Of a DNA stretch of 64,000 nucleotides, positions 1 to 11,324 are shown piece by piece. Position 1 is the stretch's first letter. The number at the start of each line of letters is the position of its first letter. Source of the stretch: Callorhinchus milii (Eukaryota); assembly GCF_018977255.1 (NCBI RefSeq), contig NW_024704742.1:99450001-99514000 (forward strand). Reading direction: 5' to 3'. Both the position numbers and the translations under genes were made by a program. The notes under the pieces are model-generated. The model did not search any database. It was not told the origin of the DNA and saw nothing but the letters and a program-made list of their open reading frames with translations.

Positions 1-864
1 AAATGAGACTACGTGGAAACATGCCATTCAGCACAACTAGTCCATGCCGGTGTTCTTATTCCTTACCAGCCCCCACACCTCCTGTTCTATATGTGGATAA
101 CTTCTGTGATTTATCCGTCTCATGGGTTTTCTAACAAGTTCCAGAGCCCGTTCCAGAAGTAAAGAGAATTGAACCTGTTCACTTATCACTTATTAATATA
201 AAATCATTTCTCCACATTATCGAAATAGATTTGATTCACTTAGGTGTGTCATTAAGGTAGACCACCAAGTTATAGATGGGTTACAAGCTATTCTCCTCTA
301 ATGGCTGAATAATGAACAGATGAGCGCTGAGATAAGGTGTATTTATTAAGCTTGTAATAGCCATAATAATTAGCTTATTCATTATAACTATAATGAGTTT
401 AGTGAATTTAACATAACTCAGCAACGACACATAAATACTCATTAGCCCCAAACAAGATTTGCACCAGTAAGTAAATTTCATCTAATCCATTGCATTACTA
501 TCATCTTAATAATAATTTGATTTTGAAGAGTATCAAAATACTTTTTAAGATGTAATGGGAATACTGTAATATTCTCCTCAGACAATCATACTCCTTTACA
601 TAGCCTAACACTCACACAGCCTGCTACTCACTCACTCGCTCATTAAATGCTTACTTACTCACGCACATTCACACACCCTCACATGCATTCACTCACTCAC
701 CACCTTCACACGTGTTCAGTGACACCTCTGGCCAAGGATGGGGGAGAAAATCAGTCAGAGTTCCCGTTGTTCATCACTATCCCGTAACCTCTGTTAGATT
801 GTGTACATGTAAGGATGGAACTTGTAATTTTCTTTCCACTGGCTAGACTCACACAGCAACATTG

Positions 865-2060
865 AAAATAATTTGCACTTATATAGTACCTTCTACATTG
901 GGAGACAGTTTCAAAGACCATTACAAAGACAGAGTGGAAGCCCAAGCTGGGAGGGAGATGGGGAGGGTGGGGTAGGAGGGAGATGGTCGAAGGCGCAGTC
1001 AAGGAGATAGGTCTTTCATGGTTTTGAAAGCAGAACATGTGGAAATGAAGTGGAAGAAGAGAGTTCCAAAGGTGGGGATAAAGTGGCTGAAAGCTTGTCT
1101 GGTGCTGGTGAGGTGAGCAGAGTTGGAGGAGCAGAGGGGGTCTCCCAGAATATCTGAGCAGTAGGGGGAGCAAGGTCATGGAGTTTTGAAGATAAGGACA
1201 GATAAGTTTCTCACAGGATCCATGAACTGAAATGGGCAATGGAGGATATCATTAGTGCGTAAGTGAGGAGATGCTGGCAGAGCTGAGCAGGATCACCTCA
1301 GTTTTGTCAATGTTGAATTGAAGAATGTTAAGGCTTATCCAGGACTTTATGTTTGACAGGTAGTCAGAATAGTAGTTGTTGAGGTTGAGGGTGGAAGCAG
1401 AAAGGCAGCATTGAGTGTCAATATATGGAACTGGACCTCATGCCTGCATACAATGCCATCAAGGTGGAGCATGTAGATGAGGAAAAGAAGAAAATGGAGG
1501 ATAGATCCCTGAGGGACACACATGACCAAACATAGGAAGGACCAGGAGCCATTTGCGGAGAAGTAGTGAAGACGCTGGGGCAATTAGCAGTGAAACCAAG
1601 AATGTTCAGAGATGTACCAGGGAGGAGAGACTGTGGAGAGGAATGGACCAGTCAACAGTGTCCGAAGCATAAGTTCAAGGAGGACAAAGAGGCACATGGA
1701 ACCCTGGTCACAGACAGAGAGGATGTTGCTTGTAACTTTGACCAGGGCTGCATTAGTCTATAGAGGGGTGGGTGAGGGGTGATTGGCGGAGGCCAGATTG
1801 GAGGAAACCATCTAGATAGTGGTGGGAGAGGAAGGAGTGAAGCTGGGTGGCATCAATGGGTTCTAGTACTTTGGAGAGAAAGAGCAAGGTGGCAGAGTTT
1901 AAAAAGGTCCATTGTGGGTTTTGTGGAACAGGTGACAATGTTAGTGGTTTTGAAAGGAGTCCCGGAGAGGTCCACACATATAGAATGATTGCTTGAGTGA
2001 GATAACAGAGGGCTTCTGTGGAACTTGGACCCCAGCAGAATGCTTAGGATCGAAGAGCGA
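865..2060 (-). mobile_element. Degenerate L2 LINE fragment (RT region to 3' end)
   Basis: Translated pieces LFLSKVLEP..ATQLHSFLSHH..LQSGLR, VPQGSIL..LLFLIYML.L..IVCRHEVQFH and LWNSLLP. An L2-type tail lies near 865-900. Confidence 0.85.
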
Positions 2061-2164
2061 AAAATCAAGTGGGGAAGTTTTTCCTATTGATATAAAAACA
2101 TAGATGTGTGAATATGTGCCTTATGTTTACATCTACAAATCCAATTCCTTTTTGTAACGAGATA

Positions 2165-2780
2165 ACATTTTGCTTACAAAGTACACAATTGCTACACTTT
2201 ACAGTAAATCCTGCTAAACACTTTGAAATGGCATCATAACGTGAATGGCACTATACCAAATGCAAGGATTATTATTTTCATTTAGACATTTAGACATAGC
2301 TTTCCTTAACAGAGGGAAACATTTAACCCCTAACCCAAAGCAGCAAACCCTGGACAATGATAATATAAACCAAAGACCCCAGATATTGGCTTAGGGATAA
2401 ATATTGTAATAGATCTCAAAATACAGAATTGATTCACTTTATAGTGTATGATGTGACCGCTTTGAGACGTCGCAACAGTGTGATAAAGTGCTATACCAAA
2501 TGCAAGTAATATTATTATCCCAAACATTGCAGCAATTCCCTGACTGAGCTCATCACACTTGTTATAATGATCTTAAATAATGGTCCAGGGATAATTATCC
2601 CTTTAAAAAAATTGGTCACTCAATCCACAACTGTTTGTTGGATGCTGCTGTGCGCTGCCATGTTTTGCCCACAAAATATAGTCAATTCACTTTACAGTAT
2701 ATTCTGTGAAGCAATTTGAGATGTCTAGAAAAAGTGATAAGGAACTATGCTATATCAAATGCAAGGATTATTATTATTAT
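2165..2780 (+). mobile_element. Cluster of three same-orientation SINE 3' fragments (~2165-2276, 2430-2518, 2585-2779)
   Basis: Three occurrences of the CTAT(A)(C/T)CAAATGCAAG(G)ATTATT tail. Confidence 0.75.
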
Positions 2781-5700
2781 GTCACCAAATACAATGCATT
2801 AAACCCAATTTCAACAATCTGAATTCCAATATAATATTTCAGTGTATAAAATGGAATTATTTCAAGCACAGTAAAATTCATTTTTCTTCACATTCAATGT
2901 GCTCAGTTTTGGGTCACAGGGAAACATTCAATCATCTCTTTATTCTGTCAAAAGAGAATGTAGTTCACTACCTGCCTCCTCCAGTCAGACAGAAACCTGC
3001 ATCCAACTGCATGGCAGCAGAAGGTTGCTGGGACAGCATAAGCTAAGAGGTCCCTTCACTAATTTCTATTTCAAGGCAAGTATTTTCCCTTAACAGTGAC
3101 CAATTTCCCGTGTTCGCAGCAGCACATATTGGTTCACATATTCCTTCAAGTCCTACCAGTTCCCAGAGGAGCCTAAGACTTGTGGAATCAGCTTTCAGGC
3201 ACTGAAAGAGAACCAAGCTCTGGCTTTAATTACCCTGCGGCTCGGAAATAGACAGCCTTTAATGAACTCGTGAAAGACAAGTCCTGTAGAGAGGGGAGGG
3301 GGAGAAGGTGGAAAAAGGGATTGGAAACATAATATATGTGGAAAAAAAAACATTAACACTAGTGCACTATTTCAGTACTGGCGAGATGGCTCATGAATAA
3401 TGGGGATTAGAAGTAAAAGCTGTGAACACAAGAGTAAATAGCAGAAGAGCAATAAAATTCAATTTCCTCATTTCATATCTTGAGAGCATGAATTGGACTC
3501 CAGTTGGCAAAGGAGGTGGTTTGTAAAAGAAGTGGCAGTGAATTGAAACGATGAAGGCTAATGTATCAGGCTTAACTGCTGCCCGATCAGCTAGCTAGTA
3601 ATTTCATGCCAAGTCCCTCTCTGAAGAAAATACAACCAACTTTCTCCCCATACCCATTCCTTCTCTCCCTTTTCCTCCTGTCTCATCCTAACCCACTCTC
3701 ACCAGCCCCACCATTCCAACCCAAATGTCAGGAATGAAATCACAGCCCTTTTTTGCATTTTAATTCATGTTTTCAAAATATAAAGTTTATCACATTAAAA
3801 AAAGAGAGAAAAGAATTATTGTTTGGCTTGAACGCTGTCTCTGAATCACACGCAAATGTACAAGCCCATTTCACATAATTAAAAATTGGTTTTAGCGTAT
3901 TCCTCCTTTGCTGCAGGCTGTCATCAATCATACCAACAGCTTTCTGATTCAGGCCCAAGAGAACTGGTAAATGATAATGTTTTAGGGGAGTAATTAATCC
4001 TATGACAGGTGTGCAGTTTATTAGGTTGCCACTAGAGTATTGACAAATTGCAGAATACATTCTCTAATACTGGCAAGCAATAATTTTAGCAAGCTGATAC
4101 CTATTAAACATACACCCGTACATATGTAATAGGGTCATGTGCAATATCAGTGTGCAACAGAAAGTCTTTGTTGAGAGAGAAGAGAGTGCACAGTGTGTTA
4201 GTGTTGCTTTCCTCAGTCTTCGGGGCTAGAGAAGTGTTTCTGTGGAAAGTGATAGCGATACTGGAGTCTCCATGCCGGGAAAGTTGGGTTTTCTGCCGCC
4301 ATCGACATTCCGCTAAATTGCGAGATGTTAACTCTGTGGAGTTCCAACTAAGCTCTGAATGATTGATGGGATATGCACGGGTTTCTCTGCCCAAAGCACA
4401 GTTTGCATCGCAAATAGGTGTTTCCAGCAGCGAAGGGCCAGCAGTGCTGCCCTTTCCTCAGAAAAGCTTCATCAACCACTATAACTCATTCTTTGCTCAT
4501 GTTGTTACAGCGCAATTTTATTGTTGTTTGGATCTATAATGTCCCAACCCACATTATAGGAAGGCACAATAGCAGGTTTAGCTGTATTGTGCACAACCTA
4601 AGGTGCGGAGGGAGTGAACCAGTTAATTTTTGCAATACAAGAAAACATGGCTGACCTCTGAGTAATTGGGTCAACACAACATCATTTCCTGTTTTTTGTG
4701 CATACACAAAGCAGGTAATGACACTGGCAGTGATCTGATAACCTCAAATCAGACAATTTTCTTTAGCATGAAAAGCTAAAATGACTGACCTTCAGGTCAT
4801 TGCGTTACCTCTGACATCACTTCCTATTTCCTGGAAGTGACATCGACGGTGATCCAATGACATGAAGGTCGGCCATTTTAGCAGAACGTGCCAGTCTGCA
4901 TTATGGGAAATGAGCAGGTTAGCTGCATGCACATGAATGGGTCCATGTTATCAGGAAATCATGCTGTCGTGAAGTGCATTGTAACAGGAATCCGCTGTAT
5001 TTTATTTGAGAATTATTTTTCACTCCCACTTTTCCTGGAGGTGCTGGCTTGTGTTGCTGTTTTAGCTGACTTCGAGATGCCCTTTCAGGTCTTCACCCAA
5101 GTGGCCATTCTTCATAACCATCAGTATATTATCAGGGGAAGGTGCCTCACCACAATGAGCACAATTCCAATTCAATTTGCCAGTGTGATTTGCTTGCTGG
5201 CCTTTCTTTACCATTTTACAAGCATTGCAAAGCAATCTAATTTACAAACATCTCTTTCTGGATCCCATTGCCTCTGCAACACTTTCAGTGGTGAAACCTA
5301 AATGCACAAGATGACCTTAACCTTTTACAGATCTTTCTTCCAACTCTCGGAAGATCTGAATATACCCCTATTGACTTCCAGAAATCAAAGATCAGATTTT
5401 TTACAGATTAATTCAAACACCTAGCAAACCACCTACCTTTGTGTTGCTCGTGTATTGCCAGACACAATATCTAATATCACTACGATATTGAAAATGTGAT
5501 TGAGGTGGATTTTAAGCAACAGGAACAAAGCAGTTTGGAGCCTGCGGATGGCAGTGAAATTCATTGTTCACAGCACAAGACTTTTCAATTTTAAAGATTT
5601 GAATAATTTAAAGGAAATTAACTGGCCTACAGTATCCAGGGCAATTTGACAAAGTGCTGGAAAAAGTTGGGAAATTGTTTTCAAAAATGTTTCCAGCAAA

Positions 5701-6820
5701 TCTCATTTAAGCACCATGTGTGAGAGGATCCGTTCTTCGGTTGAGTTGTTAAACCAAAGTCATGTCTGTCTGTTCAGGTGGATCCCATGGTATTATTCGA
5801 AAAAAGAAAGGAGTTTCTTCACTCATCTTGGTCAATAGCCCTTCAGATTAATTGATCAATGACCTCATGGTTGCTTATGGTATTTTCCAAAGTGCAAAGT
5901 GGATGTTCTGTTTACCTACCCCTGACTGTAATTAATTTGAGATGTTATCATTACAGCACTTCAGCATAACACCATTACATGTAAAAATTAAAGTTATTTT
6001 TTTTCCTTTTTTTCTATTCAGCCTCCAATAATGTCACAGAATTCTACCCACCCCGTAGTGGTAGAATATGGCTGATCTGTAAAGTTATCAATGTCAATAG
6101 TCTGAAGTGACCTTAACCTAGTTGATCGATGGCAGAGAACATTGCGATGCCACCATCATCAGGATTTGTTGGCACACACGCTCATGGGTAAAACAGATTA
6201 ACAGTGCGGTAAGAAATCACAGATCTTTGCGAGTGAGGTGCAATCGAAATGCAGAACATAACAACATGGGGGGGAAGCAATTTGCAACCGCTCCATCTCG
6301 GCACCTCCCTGTTTGTCTATAAACTCTGCTTTAAAACCTACAACTTTTACCATGCCTGAGGTCGCCTCTCTACACCCCTCACACCCATTTCTCCTTGTTC
6401 AATTTCCAACCCATGTTTATAAAGCACAAGATATTATCCTTTGTGAAGGGCACTATATAAATACAAATTGTTGTTGTTGATTATCCCATTGCCAGAAAAT
6501 GTGGTTCAAGTCAGTGTTTAATTATGCATGAACCAGATCTCCCCCTGACTTCAGGACAATGGTTTGAACAGAAGCCGCTGAAGCCGTTGGTGACAGCCAT
6601 TCTTATTACAGAGTGCAGTGTTTCTGGGGCACCAGATACTGGTTTAACGCTCACACTCCAAAAAAAACAATAGCAATGTCGGTCAGCAAAAACCAGCCAG
6701 CTTTGAGCCAAGTTTACTGGGGGAGAAAAAGAGGGGGGAGAGAGGTGGGATAGAGGGGCTTATGCTCGAATCAAGTGATCATTAAAGTGGGTTTGGAATG
6801 TAACTTCCGACAGATGGTCA

Positions 6821-7130
6821 TTAATAATAATAATAATAATAATCCTTGCATTTGATATAGCGCTTTTCATGTCTTCTAGACTTCTCAAAGTGTTTCACAG
6901 AATAGACTGTAAAGTGAATTGACAGTATATTTGTGGGCGAAATGCGGCAGCCAATTGTGCACTACAGTGTCCCACAAACATTCGTGGATTGAAGTGACCA
7001 ATTTATTATTGTTTTTTTTCTTGAGGGATTATTATCAGGTGGGTGGAGTAAGAAAACTAGCCCAAGGTTTCACCCTCCCGGGAATCGCTTGCAAAGCGAG
7101 TGCTCTAACCACTGAGCCACAGGACTCCAC
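6821..7130 (-). mobile_element. Full-length tRNA-derived SINE (family A, short form; DeuSINE/SacSINE-like 3' half)
   Basis: Head GTGGAGTCCTGTGGCTCAGTGGTTAGAGCACTCGCTTTGCAAGCGA (Pol III box A), body TGTTTGTGGGACACTG..AATTGGCTGCCGC, tail GCGCTATATCAAATGCAAGG(ATT)n. Confidence 0.88.
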
Positions 7131-7559
7131 CACATTGTCACATGTGATGATCATCGACCAGCAAAATGCCTCTCCCCAGCCCTACCCCGTGGATTGGTTA
7201 AATCCAATAGCATTTTGCAGGATTGATAGAAGAATACACTTGTATTTTATAGCATCTGTGGTGATAATGGCATGTCATAAAGGAGCAACTTTATATTTTA
7301 TCTGGTATTTAAGGAAACCAATGGTGTTAGCATCTTGTTATAGTTATGGTGTAAGTGTAAGTACTGCACCTACATTGTTCCACTAATGGTTATGGTTAAA
7401 TGTTAGACTCATGCAGCATCATTGTATTATCCTCCTGTTATCTTTGTTGTCTTTATCCTGTGAAGCGCTTTGCAATGTCTTGATAAGGCACTGTATCAAA
7501 TGCAAGAATTATTATTATTACCCCAGCATGAAGCAGCTCCTACAACAGAGGAGCAAAGG

Positions 7560-7820
7560 GAGAGAATTGGAAGCACAACATTTATACAGTGCCCTTCAAG
7601 TGGGGTAGCTTTGAGGAGCACTGAACAATGGCGGAGTTTGATTCCACGCCGGGAAAAGTCTACAGGTGCTATTTGAAGACAGGTAAACAGGGCCAAGGAG
7701 GAGGGAATGATGCAGATTTGTGGCATAGTGGCTGAAGTCATGGCTGCCGATAATGGAGCAGAGAACTTGGGAAACATGCAGAAGGCCTGAGCGGGCTGAG
7801 CGAAGGGGGCAGGAAGAGGA
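7560..7820 (-). mobile_element. L2 LINE 3' fragment
   Basis: Degenerate similarity to the other L2 3' ends in the window (tail ACAACATTTATACAGTGCCCTTCA on +). Confidence 0.55.
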
Positions 7821-9359
7821 GAGTATAATGCAATAGTACTTTGAAGTGATTATGCTGCATCAAAATGTCAAACTCAAAAGCAGTTGATAAAGATTCCCTC
7901 GCTTTTACCTTGCTCAGCTTCTAATTTTCTTTCTTTCTACAGACTAAACAAGAGCTTCAGTTTAAAGTCTTGTGGGCTTTAAACTACCTTCAATTCAGGC
8001 TTTCAGCTAAACATAGTCTAGTGGCTCCTCTTTGAGCTACAGTTTAAAGGCTGGCCTGTGCTCTGGTTGAAACTCAATTCCACTCAGCAAGCATGTTTGA
8101 CTAGTTTTCAGTTGAGCTGATAAATGGAACACTTCACAGAGTAGTGGAGCGCTTGATCTCAGGGGAACGGAAGGGAAAAGCAAGCAGAGCCAACCTGACC
8201 CCCATAGATATGTACGTTACCTCCTGGCAGCTGGCTATGGAACCACCACTGCTGTTGAAAGCTGCTGTGGAGAAGTTTCCCTGCACAAAAATGCAGTAAA
8301 GACCCATCTCAAGTAATTGATCCACTGAACTGTTTTGAAGTGATCTCAAGCAATAATTGGAGTTCCGTCCACCAAAGCTCGTCGCCTAAACTGAAGGAAA
8401 CTTGGCAGGAGGTGACAGTCACTGCAATAAACAGGAACGAAAATATACAATAAATATATATACAGTAGAATCTTGTTACACTTAATGGATTTAGACAAAG
8501 TTGCTTGCAGTCAGACTTGTATATAACAGGATTGGCTACAGTAGTATTGGCTGTGTCAGGAACAAATTGGGAAGTGGGCAGCAATTTACTTCCCACAGGG
8601 AATTTGATTCTACAGCTGATTCCTGATAAATGCATAACTCCTTTGCCTGGAAATATTATGGTTGGATCAGGATTATTCCTGGATCAGGGTTTCTGCAAAT
8701 TACATTTAAAAATAGACAATTTGCAAATCTATCTACCAGAGCTCACGTTGTTATTCAGGATTTCAGCCAAACCAAATAAGGTTACTTGTGTATCAAAAAA
8801 ATCTAAGACATTTGTATATTTCTTTTAAAATTGGACAGCAAATGACTATATTTAATGTGCAGAGCATTGGCAGTCTATATATTATATGGAGCACATTGAA
8901 CTAAAACGGTGTACAGTTTCTTAAATTGTTGCTTTTAATTCAATAAGTGTAATATTGCAGCAGATACCCTGGAATGTTCCCATACTGTAACGGTATTTAA
9001 TTTGGCCTTTAACTTCCTTCAGATTGGTGATTCATCTCAGAGCATTTTGTGGGGCATTCCCGGTGCAAAAGGCTGCCGAATTTATCTATTTTAAAATGCG
9101 CCAAGATGATACGGCAGAATAAAACAGATTTCATTCTAAATTGTTTTCTTCCTAAGCCCACATCGTAACAGAAACATCTGCATCAGTCAAGCAAGTAAAG
9201 CCTATTCGGCTGATAGAATTCTGTTAATAAGCATTCATCAGGTCAGTTGGGTGAATCTACTATGGGGTGTAAAAATGCAATACGTGATGTGATAATTTTC
9301 ATATTGTGGTATATTTCGATCCTGGAAATGTCCAAATTAATAACTGGCAAGAATTAAGG

Positions 9360-9480
9360 TGTTTCGCCCACAACATATACAATGAATTCATTTTCCAGCA
9401 TATTCTGTGAAGCGCATTGAGACGTCTCGAAGACGTGATAAGGCGCTATATCAAATGCAAGGATTATTATTATTATTAAG
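9360..9480 (+). mobile_element. SINE 3' fragment
   Basis: CGCCCACA..GCGCTATATCAAATGCAAGG(ATT)n. Similar fragments lie at ~7460-7520, 34540-34660, 38960-39100, 59445-59510 (-) and 60730-60820. Confidence 0.8.
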
Positions 9481-10497
9481 TATTAATATTGTTATATTAT
9501 TATAACTATGACTCTTTCGCCACCCACCTCACCCCTAACTCCAATAAAATGGTTTCTCCAAAAGCCAGTTTGTGAAACTGTTGAGCCGACTGGCAGTATT
9601 TTTAAATCTGACCCCACGCAGATCCCAGTATTTCAGTAGTTTGGGGAAAAACAGCTTAACCTGACTTAAAAGTTGAAATCAGCCAGTATTAGAAAGATGA
9701 CCCTGACACATGAGCAGGCTAATCTTCCAATGGTGTTTATTATGCATTCACTCTGCCAAGATCATCATGCACTAAGTCACACAAGAGGCAAATCACCTCC
9801 TCCAGCATGAGTTGGGGGGTTCCCAGCCTCCCTGCCCACAAATGAAACCATCTTTTCTCAAGTACTTTGCGTGAAGCCAGCTCCTCTTTAATGGGGTCAC
9901 AGTAGAGATAACCACGATCAGATAGCTCTGGCAACCCAAAGGGAAAGTTGGAGAAGGGACAAACAGTTCATTAGAGTGAAGTAGACTCCTTTGCGCTGTA
10001 ACTGGCCTTAGCATTGTGCTGTCATAGACTAAGAGACGAGATAGAGCTGTCATTCATTGCTGGCATCTCACTACTTAACGTCGGCTCATAATTCAGCGCT
10101 GGCTTATCACGTTGTCGAATCTTCAACCCCAGGGAACATGTTAGGCATTACATGTATCAGGGAAGCCTAGGCTGATGGCTGTTTCCATAAAGTCAGCTAC
10201 ACTATCTCACTCAAGGCCAGATCACTGGAGAGGCCCAGCTTTCAACATAAGCAGTTTCACAGTGGGCGAAAGGATTACAAGGTGTGTTTTTTTTGTGCAG
10301 TAAGACTGGCTATGGGCAGTTTTCCATCTTTTCCATGTACAGCATTCTCTCTGGTTTCCAGTTAACCTGGCTGCTGATCCAATTTGGCTGAAACATAAGA
10401 GGGGAAATTGCAGAAGTTTCTTAACTTGTTCTTTGTGTTAAACAAAAACAGCAGTCGCTGGGAACACTCAGGCAGCATCTATGGAGAAAGGAAAGTG

Positions 10498-10534
10498 AGT
10501 CAACGTTTTGGGTCCACGACCCTTCATCAGAACT
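10498..10534 (-). ncRNA. Decayed minimal hammerhead ribozyme motif at the Penelope terminus
   Basis: Minus strand AGTT-CTGATGA-A-GGGTC-GTG-GACCC-AAAA-CGTTG-ACT: core box CUGAUGA, 5-bp stem II, and the GAAA box mutated to AAAA. Confidence 0.6.
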
Positions 10535-10858
10535 GGGGCATATTGGGAGGGAGAGGCTTTTAAGGGCAAATGGAGAGGAGGGAGGCAGGTCAAGGAAGAC
10601 AAAAGAGAAAATGGGGTAGAGGCCAGGGGATGATGGGTTAAAGAGGAGTTAATGATGTAAAACAAAGTGGGGGATTGCAACAAAGCAGGGGAATAGAGGT
10701 GTTAATAATGCAAAACAAAGGGGGGGTGAATATTGCAACAAAATATGCAGACCAGAGAGAGAAACGGTGTGTCTGGGACCCAGATGATGTGGTAATGGTC
10801 GCAGAAGAGGGCGAGGGAGAAGGTGAGCTGTTATGGTCTGAACTTGTTGAATTGTTGA

Positions 10859-11324
10859 GAATGATACCAGGAATGGAGAAGCTTAGCTATGAAGACAGGC
10901 TGGAAATGTTAGGACTTTTCCCATTAGAGCAGAGAAGGTTACGCGGGGACCTGATAGAGCTCTTCAAGATCATGAAAGGTTTCGACAGGCTAGATAGGGA
11001 AAAGCTGTTTCTGCTGGTAGGTGTGTCTGTGACTCATGGTCACAGTCTACCAAAAGAAGCGGAGGGGAGGTTAGAAGAAATGTTTTCACTCAGTGAGTTG
11101 TTAGAATTTGGAATGATCTGCCCGAAAGGGCAGTGAAGTCCGATTCGATAACAGCTTTTAAGAGAGAACTGGATAGGTATCTGGAGAAGACAGGCTTGCA
11201 GGGGAGAAAGCTGGTGAGTGGGGTTAATAAAAGTCAGTTGCTCTGTCAAAGAGCCGGCACAGACTCGATGGGCCGAATGGCCTCCTTCTGTGCCGTAACA
11301 TTCTATGATTCTATGATTCTATGA
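10859..11324 (+). mobile_element. 5'-truncated CR1 LINE (end of ORF2 plus 3'UTR) nested in the Penelope element
   Basis: RMIPGMEKLSYEDRLEMLGLFPLEQRRLRGDLIELFKIMKG is the typical CR1 ORF2 C-terminus. It ends in a (TTCTATGA)3 tail at 11301-11324. Confidence 0.93.
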
